From the NCBI GenBank assembly GCA_024613925.1, contig GCA_024613925.1_4713.1: a stretch of 64,000 bases of DNA, one strand, 5' to 3'. Every line of letters starts with the position of its first letter. Positions within the stretch are counted from its first letter, which is position 1. The translations under genes were made by a program, and so were the position numbers. Under the pieces are notes generated by a model. The model ran no database searches. It saw nothing but the letters and a program-made list of their open reading frames with translations, and had not been told where the DNA came from. This DNA is from a phage. This document shows positions 61,423 to 64,000 of the stretch, piece after piece.

Positions 61423-63591
61423 TTAGCTTTCGCAGTCATCTGCGTCGATGATTTGTCCGCCAGCAACGTTCAGTTGATGATACAGAATCCTCAACGCACG
61501 GTTGCCGCCAATTGGATACTTCTCGAAGTTGGTCGCAATAGGAATCGCTGACGGTTTATCGGTCGCATAGATGCTTTCAGTGATGCTATCCACCTGTTTT
61601 GGATTGTTCGCATAATCCATAAAGACGCTTGCGAACCATCCGCCAGCAAAGGCGGTAACTTCGCGATGCTCAGATTCACCACAGTAACGAGTTGGTTGCT
61701 CTTTACCCGGAGAACTGTATTTATCGCTATTACTGAGTTTCGACGGTAATCCGTGCGCTTGCAGTTTAGGAATACCCACCGCTGACCAATCGTTCGCCGT
61801 CTTCTCCAGCATCATGATGTACGTGTCACCGATCGCAATATCGTTCTTGGTTGTCCGCCACTGCCCGGAACGCCCACGATACCGTACAGGACCTTTCTTC
61901 AACGGGAACTCACGAATCAGATTCTCCATACGTTCTGAACCTGCTGCGATACTGTCCGTCGGGATATAAACTTCCGTACCGTGGCGTTGTACGTACCGTA
62001 AATGATCCCATTTATCCTCATCCGTGATACAGTATTTTTCAACAACCTGTTCCACGAATTCAGGACTGACGATATAGTAGTAGCGCATCAGTGTGTTCCA
62101 AGCGGTCTCCAGATCGCCTGCATCCATCACCGGTTTCAGTTCACGCATGATCTGATCACCAACGCCGTTGATGTACGGTGCGTTAACACGACTTAAACTC
62201 ATCCTTTTGATTACCGTACTATCGTCGAACATGAAGTCCGCAACATTACCCCATTGGTCAACCGGCATTTCATCGTCTTCCATGATGTCGGTTACAACGA
62301 ATTTATCACCCGCCATACCGGTGAATTTAAACCCGATACCTGGAACAACGTCATACGTGTACGTGATGGTCACACGCCAATCATCGAGATTCTCTTTGCG
62401 GTAATCGCGGGTCGGTAGCACATGACGTAGCTGTCCGTTGGGATTGCGGATATCAATACCATGTTCAGCATCAGCCAGGTTCAACCACCACATCACCGTT
62501 TGATGATGACGTATCGGCGTACCAACGCGTTCACGTTCGTACTTACGAACAGCATCCTGAATTCGGGTGTAAAGCAAACCGATCGCGTTCTCGTATTTCA
62601 GGAATTGACGATACGGAGGACGCATCTTCTCTTCCATCATAATCGCACGCTCGCGGGCTTGACGTCCAGAACGACGATGTCGATCGCTGACAACATCGAT
62701 ATCCGTTACACGCGCATTCGGTTCCGCGTAAGTGAGATCATCGTAAACATAATCCACACGCTGAAGGTTACACGTCATCATGTCAACAACGCTGAGGATA
62801 GGATCGATTTCGCGTGTTGCTGCAAGCAACCCATCTTTACGAATACGCTCGCCGTTCTCGGGTATTGCTTGGTATACTTCGTCATCACCGTAGAGATTGA
62901 TTGGGTATCGCGATTTACCTGACGTGATTGTTCGCTTCTCAATACCTGTGCTGGTGAAATGCTTCAATACACCACGACGGGCAACGCCACCATCTTCAAT
63001 ACATTGGTAGAAGCTACCGAAACACACCTTGCAATCGCGACCGTAACCCCACTCACGTGTTTCTTGATTGATCGCTGGGCTTTCCATCAAACGAGAATAT
63101 CGCGGTACGATCTGGCCTCGACGGAGGGAATGGAACAAGTTGGTTGGTCGAAAACGGAAACCGTACTGCTGATGCATGATGTGATGCTCAGGCACTTCAA
63201 GCAAGCGTAGCTCGTGACGGTTACCATCCTCTTGGTTTTCGTACAGCACGTAATGCATCGTGTTTGTTTTGATGCTGTTTGCTGTATGCCCCGGTTGGAA
63301 ACGTGGGATGATATCTATGATGCGAGATTCGACTGGAAACTCTACTGACCACGTGTTCTGTCCGTACTGGTATTCGATCCCCGTCGTCAGTCGGGACGGT
63401 TTCGCATCTTTGATAACCAACGCTTGGCTAAGATGTCCACCAAACATCGCAGCGCGCTGTGCTGAGTTATAATGCAATAGCCCGTTAAGTCCAGTCCCTA
63501 CGCCAGTATACTCCTGTTTAATGGGAATGATTTTACCTTCAGCGATTGCCTGCTTCACAGATTCATAAAGAGGTTTTTCTTTATAATGCAT
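61423..63591 (-). CDS. RNA polymerase beta-like subunit (C-terminal portion homologue)
   Basis: Weak by-eye similarity to RpoB C-terminal regions (GMAGDKFVVTDIMEDDEMPVDQWGNVADFMFD; YIMMLEKTANDWSA...GESEHREVTAFAGGWFASVFMDY); start set at MHYKEK (SD AGGAAG) rather than track start 63756. Confidence 0.45.
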   Translation of the reverse strand: MHYKEKPLYESVKQAIAEGKIIPIKQEYTGVGTGLNGLLHYNSAQRAAMFGGHLSQALVIKDAKPSRLTTGIEYQYGQNTWSVEFPVESRIIDIIPRFQPGHTANSIKTNTMHYVLYENQEDGNRHELRLLEVPEHHIMHQQYGFRFRPTNLFHSLRRGQIVPRYSRLMESPAINQETREWGYGRDCKVCFGSFYQCIEDGGVARRGVLKHFTSTGIEKRTITSGKSRYPINLYGDDEVYQAIPENGERIRKDGLLAATREIDPILSVVDMMTCNLQRVDYVYDDLTYAEPNARVTDIDVVSDRHRRSGRQARERAIMMEEKMRPPYRQFLKYENAIGLLYTRIQDAVRKYERERVGTPIRHHQTVMWWLNLADAEHGIDIRNPNGQLRHVLPTRDYRKENLDDWRVTITYTYDVVPGIGFKFTGMAGDKFVVTDIMEDDEMPVDQWGNVADFMFDDSTVIKRMSLSRVNAPYINGVGDQIMRELKPVMDAGDLETAWNTLMRYYYIVSPEFVEQVVEKYCITDEDKWDHLRYVQRHGTEVYIPTDSIAAGSERMENLIREFPLKKGPVRYRGRSGQWRTTKNDIAIGDTYIMMLEKTANDWSAVGIPKLQAHGLPSKLSNSDKYSSPGKEQPTRYCGESEHREVTAFAGGWFASVFMDYANNPKQVDSITESIYATDKPSAIPIATNFEKYPIGGNRALRILYHQLNVAGGQIIDADDCES

Positions 63592-63622
63592 AGGACTTCC
63601 TATTATCGAATTGAGGTACGTC

Positions 63623-63976
63623 ATGTCTAACACGCCCCTGAACGACTTTCTTAAGACAAACCCCGATGACCTCATCCACGATCTTGATTTCAGGAACGTT
63701 GTTGAGATGCATCTGGAATATTTCAAAAATGCCGGACTGGTCTCTACGATAGACATACCACCCGAACGTGCCTACGAATTCGATGGTAACTTTTATGGAT
63801 TGTGCCGTGTTCTGCTCGGTGAGGGCAGTGAACCAATGCACTGGATAACCATGAGACTCAATGGCTATCGTGACCCCACGGAATACACCGCCGATGTTCT
63901 AACCATGAAGATTGTCGATACAAGCGCAATCAACACATTAAAACAACAGTACCGCACAATCCACTACAGCGCTTAA
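63623..63976 (+). CDS. hypothetical protein (plus strand)
   Basis: ATG at 63623 with SD GAGGT; ORF runs to 63976. Confidence 0.35.
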   Translation: MSNTPLNDFLKTNPDDLIHDLDFRNVVEMHLEYFKNAGLVSTIDIPPERAYEFDGNFYGLCRVLLGEGSEPMHWITMRLNGYRDPTEYTADVLTMKIVDTSAINTLKQQYRTIHYSA

Positions 63977-64000
63977 GATAACCCTCCCACAGCGTAAAGC

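Overview
Gene-dense 64-kb segment that reads as part of a large virulent tailed-phage genome, probably infecting an enterobacterial host (inferred from a Tfa-type tail-fibre chaperone, lipoprotein and signal-peptide genes, and GC near 47-50%). It holds roughly 95 protein-coding ORFs and no rRNA, tRNA, CRISPR array, integrase or transposase that I could recognise by eye. Nearly all genes are on the minus strand with abutting or overlapping stop/start codons; the main exception is a two-gene plus-strand island at 50.7-54.4 kb. Block 1 (1-17.4 kb) is a receptor-binding module: a long tail fibre with His-x-His repeats, its assembly chaperone, a lipoprotein, and several large proteins that share a roughly 160-aa N-terminal module. 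Block 2 (17.5-50.6 kb) is mostly small proteins of unknown function, with recognisable enzymes scattered through it: SleB-like cell-wall hydrolase, xPPY methyltransferase, six tandem HTH paralogs, NAD-dependent DNA ligase, a thymidylate-synthase homologue with an insertion, DEDDh exonuclease, metallophosphoesterase and HD-domain protein. Block 3 (50.7-64 kb) carries two SF2 helicases and divergent homologues of the beta-prime and beta subunits of multisubunit RNA polymerase, which points to a phage-encoded RNAP of the kind known from phiKZ-like jumbo phages. Intergenic regions carry a recurring family of GC-rich hairpins, usually followed by TTATG(C/T) on the transcribed strand, and a 24-nt motif present twice. 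A U_UUU_UUU slippery site lies in the overlap of the first two plus-strand ORFs. All functional calls rest on motif recognition by eye; no database search was run.
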